Notes: generated from the sequence alone by a model not told the origin. A stretch of 54,757 nt of DNA from an uncultured Candidatus Saccharibacteria bacterium (GCA_964624165.1 CAZUWG010000001.1:41296-96052), one strand, 5' to 3'; shown: positions 24,719 to 33,416, counted from the first letter of the stretch. Numbers and translations: made by a program.

Positions 24719-24778
24719 GTTTATCTCTGCGAGTCACTGACACTACGATTTCAGAAACTTTTAGAACGAGGTGAACAC

Positions 24779-25003
24779 GTGAACAAACAGAGGCCAAACG
24801 CTTATCCTGTTTTTTGCACTGCATGCCCTTGGGTGGTAGATTTCGGTCCAGTGGTGAATACTGCAGTCGGTCCTGTGTCGACACAAGTAAAGCACCGTGA
24901 CGGAGAACCGCCTTGTGCTGCATGTTTTTGGCGAGACACTCGTCAAGATATGTTGCAAGCGGCTGCTGGCGAGGTAGATATCTGGAAAATGCGTATAAAG
25001 TAA
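24779..25003 (+). CDS. small hypothetical protein with two CxxC pairs (74 aa, GTG start)
   Basis: GAGGTG lies 5 nt before the GTG. FCTAC...PCAAC suggests a zinc ribbon. Coding status uncertain. Confidence 0.35.
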   Translation: MNKQRPNAYPVFCTACPWVVDFGPVVNTAVGPVSTQVKHRDGEPPCAACFWRDTRQDMLQAAAGEVDIWKMRIK

Positions 25004-25071
25004 CGCAGCGTAACATCGTTGCTGCCCACAATCTGCAGAGTGGGTACAGTTCCTTTGCTGCTTTGAGCAGT

Positions 25072-25118
25072 GCCGGCCGAGCAAGATGCGACAGCATCGA
25101 GCGAGGCCGGCTTTTTTT
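25072..25118 (+). terminator. intrinsic terminator GCCGGCC...GGCCGGC + T7
   Basis: 7-bp outer stem, symmetric GAGCAA/GAGCGA internal loop, inner stem GATGC-gaca-GCATC, then CTTTTTTT. Confidence 0.65.
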
Positions 25119-25184
25119 CTTTTGACCTTGCATTTTCCTTATCATTTGCTATAGTTTCGGCACTTCAAAAATAATCTTTTTATT

Positions 25185-25469
25185 ATGGTAGTACGAATGA
25201 GACATACAAAGGGTCATAGCGGGAACCGTCGTTCTCACCATGCACTCAAGAATCCTGCATCGGCAGTCTGTAAAAACTGTGGTGCACAACATCGTCCGCA
25301 TCACATGTGCTTGGAATGTGGTTTTTACAATGGTCGCCAAGTGATGGATTTGGCAGCGAAGAAAGAAGCGCGTGAAGCGCGCATGCAAGCCAAGCGTGAC
25401 GCTATCAAGGCAGAGGCGGTAGAAGAAAAGTCTCCAGAATCAGCGACCGAAACAGAAGACAAGAAATAA
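25185..25469 (+). CDS. rpmF: 50S ribosomal protein L32 with C-terminal extension
   Basis: MVVRMRHTKGHSGNRRSHHAL plus a CKNC..CLEC zinc motif. K/E/A-rich tail. Confidence 0.93.
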   Translation: MVVRMRHTKGHSGNRRSHHALKNPASAVCKNCGAQHRPHHMCLECGFYNGRQVMDLAAKKEAREARMQAKRDAIKAEAVEEKSPESATETEDKK

Positions 25470-25474
25470 TCCAC

Positions 25475-25509
25475 AAAACGCCAGCCACTGCTGGCGTTTT
25501 GTCTTTTTT
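25475..25509 (+). terminator. intrinsic terminator AAAACGCCAGC-cact-GCTGGCGTTTT + T-run
   Basis: Perfect stem followed by gtctttttt. Confidence 0.7.
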
Positions 25510-25557
25510 GAAGCTGTGGTACTATAACTATTAGTTACTACTAGCGCTCAGCACATT

Positions 25558-26454
25558 ATGGCCAATCGACATCTTTCTCGTTCATTAGTTCTTCAAACTC
25601 TTTTTGAGTGGGATATTAATGGTGTAGAACGAAAAGCAATTAAAGAGACATTAGTGCGCAACGTCGAAGAGTTTGCTCCCAATAGCTCGGACCTGCCTTT
25701 TATGGAGAAGCTCCTTGATGGTATTATTGGAAAGCAAAGCGAGCTTGATCTTGTGATTGAGAAGGCGGCGCCTGAGTGGCCGATCGATCGCATTGCGCCG
25801 GTTGATAGAAACATCCTTCGACTTGGTTTGTTTGAACTTTTATTTTCAGATCGAAAAGAAGTGCCGGCCAAAGTGGCAATCAATGAAGCGATTGAGCTCG
25901 CAAAACAATTTGGCAGTGAAAATAGTAGCCGCTTCGTGAACGGCGTCTTAGGTGCAGTGTATAAAGAGATTGGTGAGCCGGGCAAAGATGAACAAGGCAA
26001 AAAACCAAAAAAAAATATTCCGTACGAGCAGATGCCGATTAAGCGCCTGGCGGGTGCGGTGGTGTATGCTGAGCACGAAGGTGAAATATTCTTTGCGCTC
26101 GTCCATGATATTTTTGGCCACTGGACGCTCCCTAAAGGGGGAGTAGAGGAAGGAGTAGCGATGGAAGAGGGTGCAAAATTAAAAATCAAAGAGGAGATTG
26201 GTATCGATATTACCATTGAAAAAGAATTGGGTAACAATGAGTATATCGCCAATAAGCCTGATATTGGTAAGCATCGCAAACAAGTGATGTACTTCCTGGG
26301 GCGGGCAGACTTTGTGGAGTTGGAGCTTGAAAAGAAAGGCGGGCTTGATGATGCGCAGTGGTTTAAGATTTCTGATATTCTCGAGTTAAATTTTTATGAA
26401 GATATTCTGCCGATTGTCACGAAAGCAGTGACTATCGTAGTGTCAAAAAAATAG
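25558..26454 (+). CDS. nusB: NusB antitermination factor fused to a C-terminal Nudix-fold domain (298 aa)
   Basis: aa 1-135 are NusB-like (DRIAPVDRNILRLGLFELLF, VAINEAIELAKQFG..SSRFVNGVLGAV). A K-rich linker follows. aa ~165-298 are Nudix-fold (GHWTLPKGGVEEGVAMEEGAKLKIKEEIGI). Confidence 0.85.
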   Translation: MANRHLSRSLVLQTLFEWDINGVERKAIKETLVRNVEEFAPNSSDLPFMEKLLDGIIGKQSELDLVIEKAAPEWPIDRIAPVDRNILRLGLFELLFSDRKEVPAKVAINEAIELAKQFGSENSSRFVNGVLGAVYKEIGEPGKDEQGKKPKKNIPYEQMPIKRLAGAVVYAEHEGEIFFALVHDIFGHWTLPKGGVEEGVAMEEGAKLKIKEEIGIDITIEKELGNNEYIANKPDIGKHRKQVMYFLGRADFVELELEKKGGLDDAQWFKISDILELNFYEDILPIVTKAVTIVVSKK

Positions 26455-26456
26455 TT

Positions 26457-27164
26457 ATGGAAGCTAAGGAATTAAGCGGTGTACTTAAAAAAGTCGAAGG
26501 ACTTTTGGGAGTGACTTTTACAGACAAAACAATTCTCACGTCAGCGATTACACATCGCTCGTATTTAAATGAACATCGCGAGGCAGATTGGGATCATAAT
26601 GAGCGGTTGGAGTTTTTGGGAGACGCGGTCTTGGAGCTGGTGGTGACCGATTGGCTTTTTAATAAGTATCCGGAAAAACCAGAAGGTGAATTGACTGCGA
26701 TCCGGGCAGCCTTAGTGAACACCATTTCCCTTGCTGATGCTAGTGAAAAGCTTGGAATCAACGAGTATCTTTTAATGTCAAAAGGTGAAGCTAAAGATAC
26801 AGGGCGAGCGCGGCAGTACATTCTCGCCAACGCCTTTGAGGCGTGTATTGGGGCTCTTTATCGAGATAAGGACTACGAAGCGGCAAAAGACTTTATCGCC
26901 AACCACCTGTTTGCTAAAACCGATGAAATTGTCACCAAGCGGCTGTGGCAAGACCCGAAAAGTCGTTTTCAAGAATTATCGCAAGAGAAGGTATCTATTA
27001 CGCCCACTTACACCCTTCTATCACAAGATGGCCCAGATCACGATCGGCTGTTTACTATTGGCGTGTTTCTAAAAAAAGAAAAGATAGCACAAGGCAGTGG
27101 GCGTTCAAAGCAGGAAGCGGAACGGGCAGCCGCTGAGGCAGCTTTACTCCAAAAGGGGTGGTAG
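26457..27164 (+). CDS. rnc: ribonuclease III
   Basis: NERLEFLGDAVLELVV signature and C-terminal dsRBD (GSGRSKQEAERAAAEAAL). Confidence 0.93.
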   Translation: MEAKELSGVLKKVEGLLGVTFTDKTILTSAITHRSYLNEHREADWDHNERLEFLGDAVLELVVTDWLFNKYPEKPEGELTAIRAALVNTISLADASEKLGINEYLLMSKGEAKDTGRARQYILANAFEACIGALYRDKDYEAAKDFIANHLFAKTDEIVTKRLWQDPKSRFQELSQEKVSITPTYTLLSQDGPDHDRLFTIGVFLKKEKIAQGSGRSKQEAERAAAEAALLQKGW

Positions 27165-27172
27165 TGCGGTAG

Positions 27173-27215
27173 ACACCAAGCGGGGCGTACCCAAAGGGTA
27201 CGCCCCGCTTGGTGT
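27173..27215 (+). terminator. 20-bp perfect hairpin ACACCAAGCGGGGCGTACCC-aaa-GGGTACGCCCCGCTTGGTGT
   Basis: Read directly after the rnc stop. Confidence 0.6.
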
Positions 27216-27266
27216 ACTCAACAGCCGCCTTGCTCCACTTTAGACTTTGAGTGCTACAATAAAGAG

Positions 27267-27851
27267 ATGAGATCAATGTATAAAAAAGGATTTACCGTCC
27301 CAGAAATGATGATTGTGATTGGGATTATCTCTATTTTTGCAGCTATTGTATTTACTGGATATTCAAAATATCGCGAGCGTGCGAGAGATGCTGTGCGCGA
27401 AGTTGATATAGAACGCTTGGCCGTCACTATGCGCCTTTATATAGAGCAGTATGGCTCTGATATGGATTGTGAAGGCGGACTAAAGATAGACGGCAATATG
27501 ACAGTAGTATCGTACGGTGGAGGTCCGCAGGATTGTGATGACGGAGCACAGATTTTGCAATTTATTGCAAATGAACACAACGGCATACCTCATGACCCAC
27601 TTGGACCGGGTAATTTAGATTATTATTATTACTTTGATAACTGGCATCAGTGCGCTGCTGGAGGAGCGAGTAACGCAGCAGCGATGCTATTTGCCGTGAA
27701 TCTTGAAAGCCAAGATACAAATGCTGTGACCGTGTGCGGTTCGCACGAGGGAGCACAAGGTGGGTATTTGCGTACCACAGATTATGGCGGCACTCTTACT
27801 GCAAGTCAGCCTTACGTACGACTTGTCACTCGTTCACGAGAAACTTGGTGA
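27267..27851 (+). CDS. type IV pilin / pseudopilin-like protein
   Basis: Prepilin leader and N-methylation motif KKGFTVPEMMIVIGIISIFAAIVF. Start could be ATG 27276. Confidence 0.8.
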   Translation: MRSMYKKGFTVPEMMIVIGIISIFAAIVFTGYSKYRERARDAVREVDIERLAVTMRLYIEQYGSDMDCEGGLKIDGNMTVVSYGGGPQDCDDGAQILQFIANEHNGIPHDPLGPGNLDYYYYFDNWHQCAAGGASNAAAMLFAVNLESQDTNAVTVCGSHEGAQGGYLRTTDYGGTLTASQPYVRLVTRSRETW

Positions 27852-30049
27852 TGCAGCTTAAACAACTTTCAATTAACGGATTTAAATCATTCGCCAAAAA
27901 AGGTGAGCTTGAGTTCGTGTCGCCAGTTACGGCGATTGTAGGGCCAAATGGTTCGGGTAAGAGTAATGTCGCCGAAGCCTTCCGTTTTGTGCTTGGTGAG
28001 CAAAGCAATAAGGGTATGCGCGCCAAAAGCGGCGCTGACCTTATCTTTAATGGTTCAGAAAAGGTGGCACGTTCTAGTCGGGCCTCTGTTGAAGTGCTTT
28101 TAGATAATAGTGCGCGGGTGTTTCCGCTCGATTTTGACGAAGTCAAAATCGAGCGGATCGTCCATCGTGATGGCCAAAACGAGTACCTCCTAAACGATTC
28201 TAAGGTGCGTTTGAAAGACGTGCAGGAGGTATTAGCAGCTGCCAATATCGGTCCTTCCGGACATCATATCATCTCTCAAGGTGAAGCTGATCGGGTACTG
28301 ACGGCCTCGCCAAAAGAGCGTCGAGAAATGATCGAAGATGCGCTTGGGTTAAAGGTCTACCAATATAAAAAACAGGAGGCAGAAAAAAAGCTTCAAAAGA
28401 CAGTTGAAAATATTGAAAAAGTAGAATCACTGCGGAGGGAGGTGGCACCTCATTTAAAGTTTCTTGAACGGCAAGTAGAGAAAATGGCGCGGTCGATAGC
28501 GTTGCGACAAGAGTTGGTCGGTACCTATCATGAGTATTTAAAGCGTGAGGAACGCTACCTAGAGCAGACTAGGGTGCGTCTAGAGCGGGAACAAAAAGAA
28601 CCAGAGGAGCAGTTGCTTTTGCTGAAGACCACCCTCAAAGCAGTCGAAGAAAAGCTCTCCTTAGCACCAAAGCGAGCAGTAGATCCGCGCCTTGCGGAAG
28701 TGGAAGAAAAACTACATCAAAACGCATCTCAGTTGTCATCGCTTTTGCGAGAAAGTGGCAAGCTCGAAGGACAAATTTCCTATATTAGAGAAAAACAGAG
28801 TGCAAGCAAAGTAAGTGGTGAAGAAGAAAAATTAGTGCCATTTTTGAAAGTGAAGGCACTCACTGAGGAGCTTGATAAAGGTTTGGAAGATGCTCGAACA
28901 CAAGCTGATGTTTTGGGTGTGCTTAAAGTGCTTGATCGTATGTCGGCTGCCTGGCGGGCGTTGGTGACAGAAGTGTCAGATAGCGAGCGAGTAGTGGGAG
29001 AAAAGGATAGAGAAGAGGAGCTGGGGGTTCTTCAGGCGTCTCTACAGGAATGTACTCAGCATATAGAAACAGTGCGCAAAAATGAGTCCGTGCTGCAAGA
29101 TCAATTGCATTCATTAAAAAATGAAGCAGAGGCCGCGCGCGCTGCTGACCGCGAGTGTGAACACGAGCGGTTTCGTCTTAGTACCGAGATCGCAGCGGTG
29201 GAGCGAACGCTCACTGAGCTCACCATGAAGCGGCAAGTCCTGGAGCGAGATCGTGAGGCTTGGAAAGAAGAGCTTCAGGAAGCAGTCGCTCTTTTAGGAA
29301 GGGATGCTTCAGGCTACCGAGACTTCATAATCGAAGGTCTGGCAGATGAGGACCGCTCAGTACAGTATGATCGCAGACGTCAGCTTGAAAAACTGAAGAT
29401 TCGCTTAGAAGAGGTGGGCGGAGTCGATCCTGAAGTCGAACGAGAATACAAAGAAACTAAAGAGCGCGATGCGTTTTTGGTTGGTGAAATTAATGATCTC
29501 AATACGTCGGTCGCGACTCTTAGTCAGCTGATTGCTGATTTGACCGGACAACTCAACGAGCGTTTTGTAGTAGGTATCGAAAAGATTGATACTGAGTTTC
29601 GTAAATTTTTCACTTTAATGTTTGGTGGCGGGGAAGCAAAACTATTGCGCGTGTTGTTAAAGCAAAAAGAAGGAGATGAAGAGAGTGAGCCGGTTGAGGG
29701 GCTTGAAGTGGATGTAAAGCTTCCTAATAAGCGCGTACGGGGGCTCGAGATGCTCTCAGGCGGTGAACGGGCCCTTACCTCAATTGCGCTTATTTTTGCG
29801 ATGAGTCAAGTCAATCCGCCACTCTTTATTATTCTCGATGAAACTGATGCGGCACTTGATGAAGCTAACAGTCGTCGCTATGGCGATATGATTGAAGCCT
29901 TGGCCAAGAAATCGCAGCTTATTTTGATTACACATAATCGTGAGACAATGTCGCGTGCTAGTGTGCTCTATGGAGTGACAATGGCGGGAGATGGTGTGTC
30001 TAAGCTTTTGTCGGTAAAGCTAAATGAGGCAGTGGCGCATGCGAAGTAG
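27851..30049 (+). CDS. smc: SMC-family chromosome-partition ATPase, short form (732 aa)
   Basis: N-terminus LSINGFKSFA...IVGPNGSGKSNVAEAFRFVLGEQS. C-terminal LSGGERALTSIAL + FIILDETDAALD. Heptad-rich middle. The ATG overlaps the pilin TGA by 1 nt, so the ORF-track N-terminal 39 aa were discarded. Confidence 0.85.
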   Translation: MQLKQLSINGFKSFAKKGELEFVSPVTAIVGPNGSGKSNVAEAFRFVLGEQSNKGMRAKSGADLIFNGSEKVARSSRASVEVLLDNSARVFPLDFDEVKIERIVHRDGQNEYLLNDSKVRLKDVQEVLAAANIGPSGHHIISQGEADRVLTASPKERREMIEDALGLKVYQYKKQEAEKKLQKTVENIEKVESLRREVAPHLKFLERQVEKMARSIALRQELVGTYHEYLKREERYLEQTRVRLEREQKEPEEQLLLLKTTLKAVEEKLSLAPKRAVDPRLAEVEEKLHQNASQLSSLLRESGKLEGQISYIREKQSASKVSGEEEKLVPFLKVKALTEELDKGLEDARTQADVLGVLKVLDRMSAAWRALVTEVSDSERVVGEKDREEELGVLQASLQECTQHIETVRKNESVLQDQLHSLKNEAEAARAADRECEHERFRLSTEIAAVERTLTELTMKRQVLERDREAWKEELQEAVALLGRDASGYRDFIIEGLADEDRSVQYDRRRQLEKLKIRLEEVGGVDPEVEREYKETKERDAFLVGEINDLNTSVATLSQLIADLTGQLNERFVVGIEKIDTEFRKFFTLMFGGGEAKLLRVLLKQKEGDEESEPVEGLEVDVKLPNKRVRGLEMLSGGERALTSIALIFAMSQVNPPLFIILDETDAALDEANSRRYGDMIEALAKKSQLILITHNRETMSRASVLYGVTMAGDGVSKLLSVKLNEAVAHAK

Positions 30050-30068
30050 GTTGTCTTAAATAAAAAGT

Positions 30069-30103
30069 GCGACTCCCCAAAGGGGAGTCGCCCATTTTAT
30101 TTT
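30069..30103 (+). terminator. intrinsic terminator GCGACTCCCC-aaa-GGGGAGTCGC + T-rich tail
   Basis: 10-bp perfect stem followed by ccattttatttt. Confidence 0.65.
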
Positions 30104-30270
30104 ATCACCAAAAAGACGTACCAAGTAAAAAAATGTCGAACGCTGTCGGCCCTGACTCCGCACTCGCACATACGCAAGGTGCGGGCGTGTAAGCTGCGCA
30201 ATTTTCTGTAGTAGCTGTTGCATATAGGTGAAGACGTAAGAAAGGGAGCTTTCTTACTACTTGATTTTTA

Positions 30271-30305
30271 TATACAAAGCGCGGCCGAAGGCCGCGCTTT
30301 GTATA
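30271..30305 (-). terminator. palindrome TATACAAAGCGCGGCC-gaa-GGCCGCGCTTTGTATA after rnr
   Basis: 16-bp perfect stem 26 nt downstream of the rnr stop. Confidence 0.5.
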
Positions 30306-30331
30306 AGAGACACTAATCTAAATAGTCCTAC

Positions 30332-32284
30332 TTACTTCACCAATTCCCAGTCGATTTTGCGTTCTTCGAGGTCGGCACCGATAAGCTTCATTTTTACCTC
30401 TTGACCAAGTGTAAAGGTCTCACCTGTCCGCTCACCTTTGATACGGTATTTACCTGCTTCATTACTGAAAAAGTCTTTACCAAGCTTTGAGATATGAATC
30501 AATCCTTCGGCTTTACTCTCTTTTTCTTCTACATAAACGCCCCAGTCGGCAATGCCTGTAATCATGCCGGAAAATGTCTGGCCGATTTTACCGAGCATAA
30601 ATTCCACCTGCTTGTATTTGATACTATCGCGCTCACTACGTACAGCAAACTGTTCGCGCTCTGAAGAGTGCTTTGCGATACCTTCAATCTTTGATTGCTC
30701 CTTTTTACCAACTGGTACTTTGTCGAGATATTTACGTAGTAAACGATGAGCAATGAGGTCGGGATAGCGACGAATCGGCGAGGTAAAGTGTGAATAGTAT
30801 TCAAACGCAAGTCCAAAGTGTCCGATGTTTTGTGTAGAATAGACTGCCTTGGCCATGCTTCTTATGGTGACGGTTTTGATGAGGGCTTCGTTTGGGCTGC
30901 CTTCAATTTCGGCAAGCATATTGTTGATATCTCGTGCTTTCACTGCGCCATGCTCATGCTTTAATTCAAATCCAAGGGCGTGTAAGAACGTAGCCAGCTC
31001 AATAATACGGTCCGGATCGGGAACGTCGTGAATACGGTAAATATACACGGGGTCGTGACCGCGCTTTTTACACAAGTCATTGACGTACTTTGAGACACGT
31101 TGGTTGGCAAGGAGCATAAAATCTTCAATCATCATCATAGTTTCAGTACGCACTTTGGTATAGACCGCAATCGGATAACCATGCTCATCTAGCTCAAATT
31201 TTACTTCGGGTTGTTCAAACGCGATGGCGCCATTTTGGTAGCGCTTCTTACGGAGCAAGCGACCAAGATCCATCAAAGTTTTGAGATCATTAGCGTGACT
31301 ACCCTCATTTTTATCAAGGATTTCTTGTGCATCTTCGTAGCTAAAACGCTGATCGGAATGGATGATAGTCTGATCGTACCATTCGCTGACCACTTCGGCG
31401 CGCGGTGTCATTTCAAAGACAGCTGAAAAAGCCAGACGATCTTCGTTGGGTCGAAGGGAACAAAGGTCGTTACTTAATACCTCGGGGAGCATAGGGATGA
31501 CGCGGTCAACAAGATATATAGAAGTAGCGCGGTCGGCGGCCTCTGTATCTAAAAGCCCGCCTTCTTCTACATAATGTGAGACGTCAGCGATATGAATACC
31601 GATTTCGTAGTTGCCGTTTTCAAGCTTGCTGATCGAGAGGGCGTCGTCGAAGTCTTTGGCATCATGTGGGTCGATGGTGAATGTCAGTCGATCGCGCAAA
31701 TCACGTCGCGTGCCACCGTCTTTCTTCGTTTCAGCAACGGCAGCCGTAAAAATGTCCGTCTGATTTTTGTAGAGTGCATCAGCGGCCGCGGCTATTTCCG
31801 GCGGGAATTTCTGGCTGTGACCACCAGCACGGATTATCGCCTGCATTTCAGTTTCGTGATCGCCAGCGCGACCTAAGACCTCCGCAATCACTCCTTGAGG
31901 ATCTTCCATGGGATCACTCCAGGCCGCGAGCTTCATTACTACCTTCATGCCCTCATCGGCGGCCGTAGCGTCTTTAAGGATTGGTCGCACGTAAATGCGG
32001 CTATCATCGGGATGGAGGTAAAATTCGCCTTGTTCACTTTTTTTAACAATACCAATATACTCTGCTCGTTTGCGTTCCGTGATACTCGTTACTCGACCTT
32101 GTCGTCTCTCACCGGCTTTGGGTGGCAAAAGCTCAAGGGTGACTGTATCGCCATCAAGCGCTGTACCAAGATCTTCGCGTACTACTAAAATATCCTCCGC
32201 GTCTTTTGCTTGTTCGGGGAGAGTAAAAAAACCAATCCCTTTCCCACGCACCGCGATGCTTCCTTCAAATGTTTCTGTAGACAT
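30332..32284 (-). CDS. rnr: ribonuclease R
   Basis: RNB catalytic domain (DPHDAKDFDDALS, HYVEEG, RATSIYLVDRVIPMLP), C-terminal S1 domain. ATG 32284 (MSTETFEG..) is preferred over the ORF-track start at 32398. Confidence 0.9.
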   Translation of the reverse strand: MSTETFEGSIAVRGKGIGFFTLPEQAKDAEDILVVREDLGTALDGDTVTLELLPPKAGERRQGRVTSITERKRAEYIGIVKKSEQGEFYLHPDDSRIYVRPILKDATAADEGMKVVMKLAAWSDPMEDPQGVIAEVLGRAGDHETEMQAIIRAGGHSQKFPPEIAAAADALYKNQTDIFTAAVAETKKDGGTRRDLRDRLTFTIDPHDAKDFDDALSISKLENGNYEIGIHIADVSHYVEEGGLLDTEAADRATSIYLVDRVIPMLPEVLSNDLCSLRPNEDRLAFSAVFEMTPRAEVVSEWYDQTIIHSDQRFSYEDAQEILDKNEGSHANDLKTLMDLGRLLRKKRYQNGAIAFEQPEVKFELDEHGYPIAVYTKVRTETMMMIEDFMLLANQRVSKYVNDLCKKRGHDPVYIYRIHDVPDPDRIIELATFLHALGFELKHEHGAVKARDINNMLAEIEGSPNEALIKTVTIRSMAKAVYSTQNIGHFGLAFEYYSHFTSPIRRYPDLIAHRLLRKYLDKVPVGKKEQSKIEGIAKHSSEREQFAVRSERDSIKYKQVEFMLGKIGQTFSGMITGIADWGVYVEEKESKAEGLIHISKLGKDFFSNEAGKYRIKGERTGETFTLGQEVKMKLIGADLEERKIDWELVK

Positions 32285-32421
32285 AGTTGAGCGAAGTGTA
32301 GCATTGACGGCTACTATTGGCCATAGTATCTTCTGAAAAAGAGTAATAATCCTTTGCGAGGGTAATACGCTTGCAGTATCACCTTGCGTCTTTCTCATAA
32401 ATATAGTATTGTACCGCCGTT

Positions 32422-32925
32422 ATGTTAATGATGAGATTACAACGAGTCGGCCGCAAAAACGATCCTACGTATCGTATTGTAGTCGTCGATAAGCGCACCG
32501 GGCCAAAGAGCAACAAGAACATTGCAATTTTGGGTTCATACAATCCAAAACTTAATCACGTTCAAGTTGATAAAGATGCGGCTAAGGAGTGGCTATCAAA
32601 GGGTGTGCAGCCTTCAGATACCGTGCACAATATTCTCGTCGGACAGAAAGTACTAGAAGCAAGAAAGATTAATGTGCTTCCAAAGAAATCTCCGATTGTA
32701 GATGAGGAAGCCCTCAAGAAGGCGGAAGAAGAACGTATTGCAGCAGAAGAAAAAGCAAAGGCTGACGCTGAAGCAGCTAAGGCTGCCGAGGAAGCTTCGG
32801 CAACAGAAGCAGCTCCCGAAGCGGAAACTCCAAAAGAAGAGGCTCCGGTAGAGGAGTCGACTGAAGAAGTTTCAGCACCAGAAGAAAAGGAGGCAGAAGA
32901 AGCCCCGGAAACGAAAAAAGACTAG
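32422..32925 (+). CDS. rpsP: 30S ribosomal protein S16 with long E/A/K-rich C-terminal tail
   Basis: MRLQRVGRKNDPTYRIVVVD...GSYNP core, then a ~75-aa low-complexity extension. Confidence 0.93.
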   Translation: MLMMRLQRVGRKNDPTYRIVVVDKRTGPKSNKNIAILGSYNPKLNHVQVDKDAAKEWLSKGVQPSDTVHNILVGQKVLEARKINVLPKKSPIVDEEALKKAEEERIAAEEKAKADAEAAKAAEEASATEAAPEAETPKEEAPVEESTEEVSAPEEKEAEEAPETKKD

Positions 32926-32936
32926 CTTCTTGACAA

Positions 32937-32972
32937 AACAGCCGGGCTGGCATTTATGCCAGCCCGGCTGTT
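32937..32972 (+). terminator. 16-bp hairpin AACAGCCGGGCTGGCA-ttta-TGCCAGCCCGGCTGTT
   Basis: Read directly between rpsP and the KH gene. Confidence 0.55.
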
Positions 32973-33053
32973 GACGTATGAAGGAGACTTTATACAATTT
33001 AGATAGAGACGCAGCAATGCGTACATTACATAGTAACCACAACAAATTGAGGT

Positions 33054-33401
33054 ATGCACGAAGAACAGCAATTTCTTGAGACGGTAGTTAAATCATTGGT
33101 TGACCATCCAGAAAGCGTAAAAATTGCGCGCACGGTAGATGAGATGGGTGTATTGTTGACGCTCGATGTACATGCGGAAGATATGGGAAAGATTATTGGT
33201 CGTAGTGGAAACACTGCAAAGGCAATCCGAACACTCCTTCGCGTGGTTGGCATGAAGCATGACGCCCGAGTAAATCTAAAAATTAATGAGCCAGAAGGCG
33301 GGCGTAATTTTTCAGCTGATACAACTCCTGAAGCACCAGCTATGGATACTGAAGTAGCACAGGACGATATTGATCAAGCGATTGATGATTTGAAGATCTA
33401 G
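33054..33401 (+). CDS. KH-domain RNA-binding protein (YlqC/UPF0109-like)
   Basis: GKIIGRSGNTAKAIRTLL GxxG motif. Conserved position between rpsP and trmD. Acidic C-terminal tail. Confidence 0.85.
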   Translation: MHEEQQFLETVVKSLVDHPESVKIARTVDEMGVLLTLDVHAEDMGKIIGRSGNTAKAIRTLLRVVGMKHDARVNLKINEPEGGRNFSADTTPEAPAMDTEVAQDDIDQAIDDLKI

Positions 33402-33416
33402 ACTGGAAAGAAATGA

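Noticed and set aside
24700-25118. RNase P RNA, tmRNA or SRP RNA in the ~400-nt promoter-to-terminator unit
   Set aside because: I looked for GAGGAAAGUCC and ACAGAA..GGCUUA (RNase P), for a GGGG 5' end with a GGUUCGA T-arm and tag ORF (tmRNA), and for the GGAA-tetraloop/AGCA domain IV (SRP). None is present on either strand. Only an Infernal scan could settle it.
24495-25145. 216-aa minus-strand ORF filling the rnhB-rpmF gap
   Set aside because: Its composition is R/S/L/C-rich, as for a shadow ORF. It runs antisense through two plus-strand terminators, a consensus -10 and two SD-preceded plus-strand ORFs, and has no start context of its own.
27734-27850. 39-codon N-terminal extension of smc overlapping the pilin gene
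   Set aside because: The SMC homology starts exactly at MQLKQLSINGFKSF (ATG 27851). The extension is an out-of-frame read of the pilin 3' end.
32285-32398. 38-codon N-terminal extension of rnr
   Set aside because: It would leave only 23 nt for the divergent rnr/rpsP promoters. The RNase R cold-shock-like N-terminus starts at MSTETFEGSIAVRGKG.
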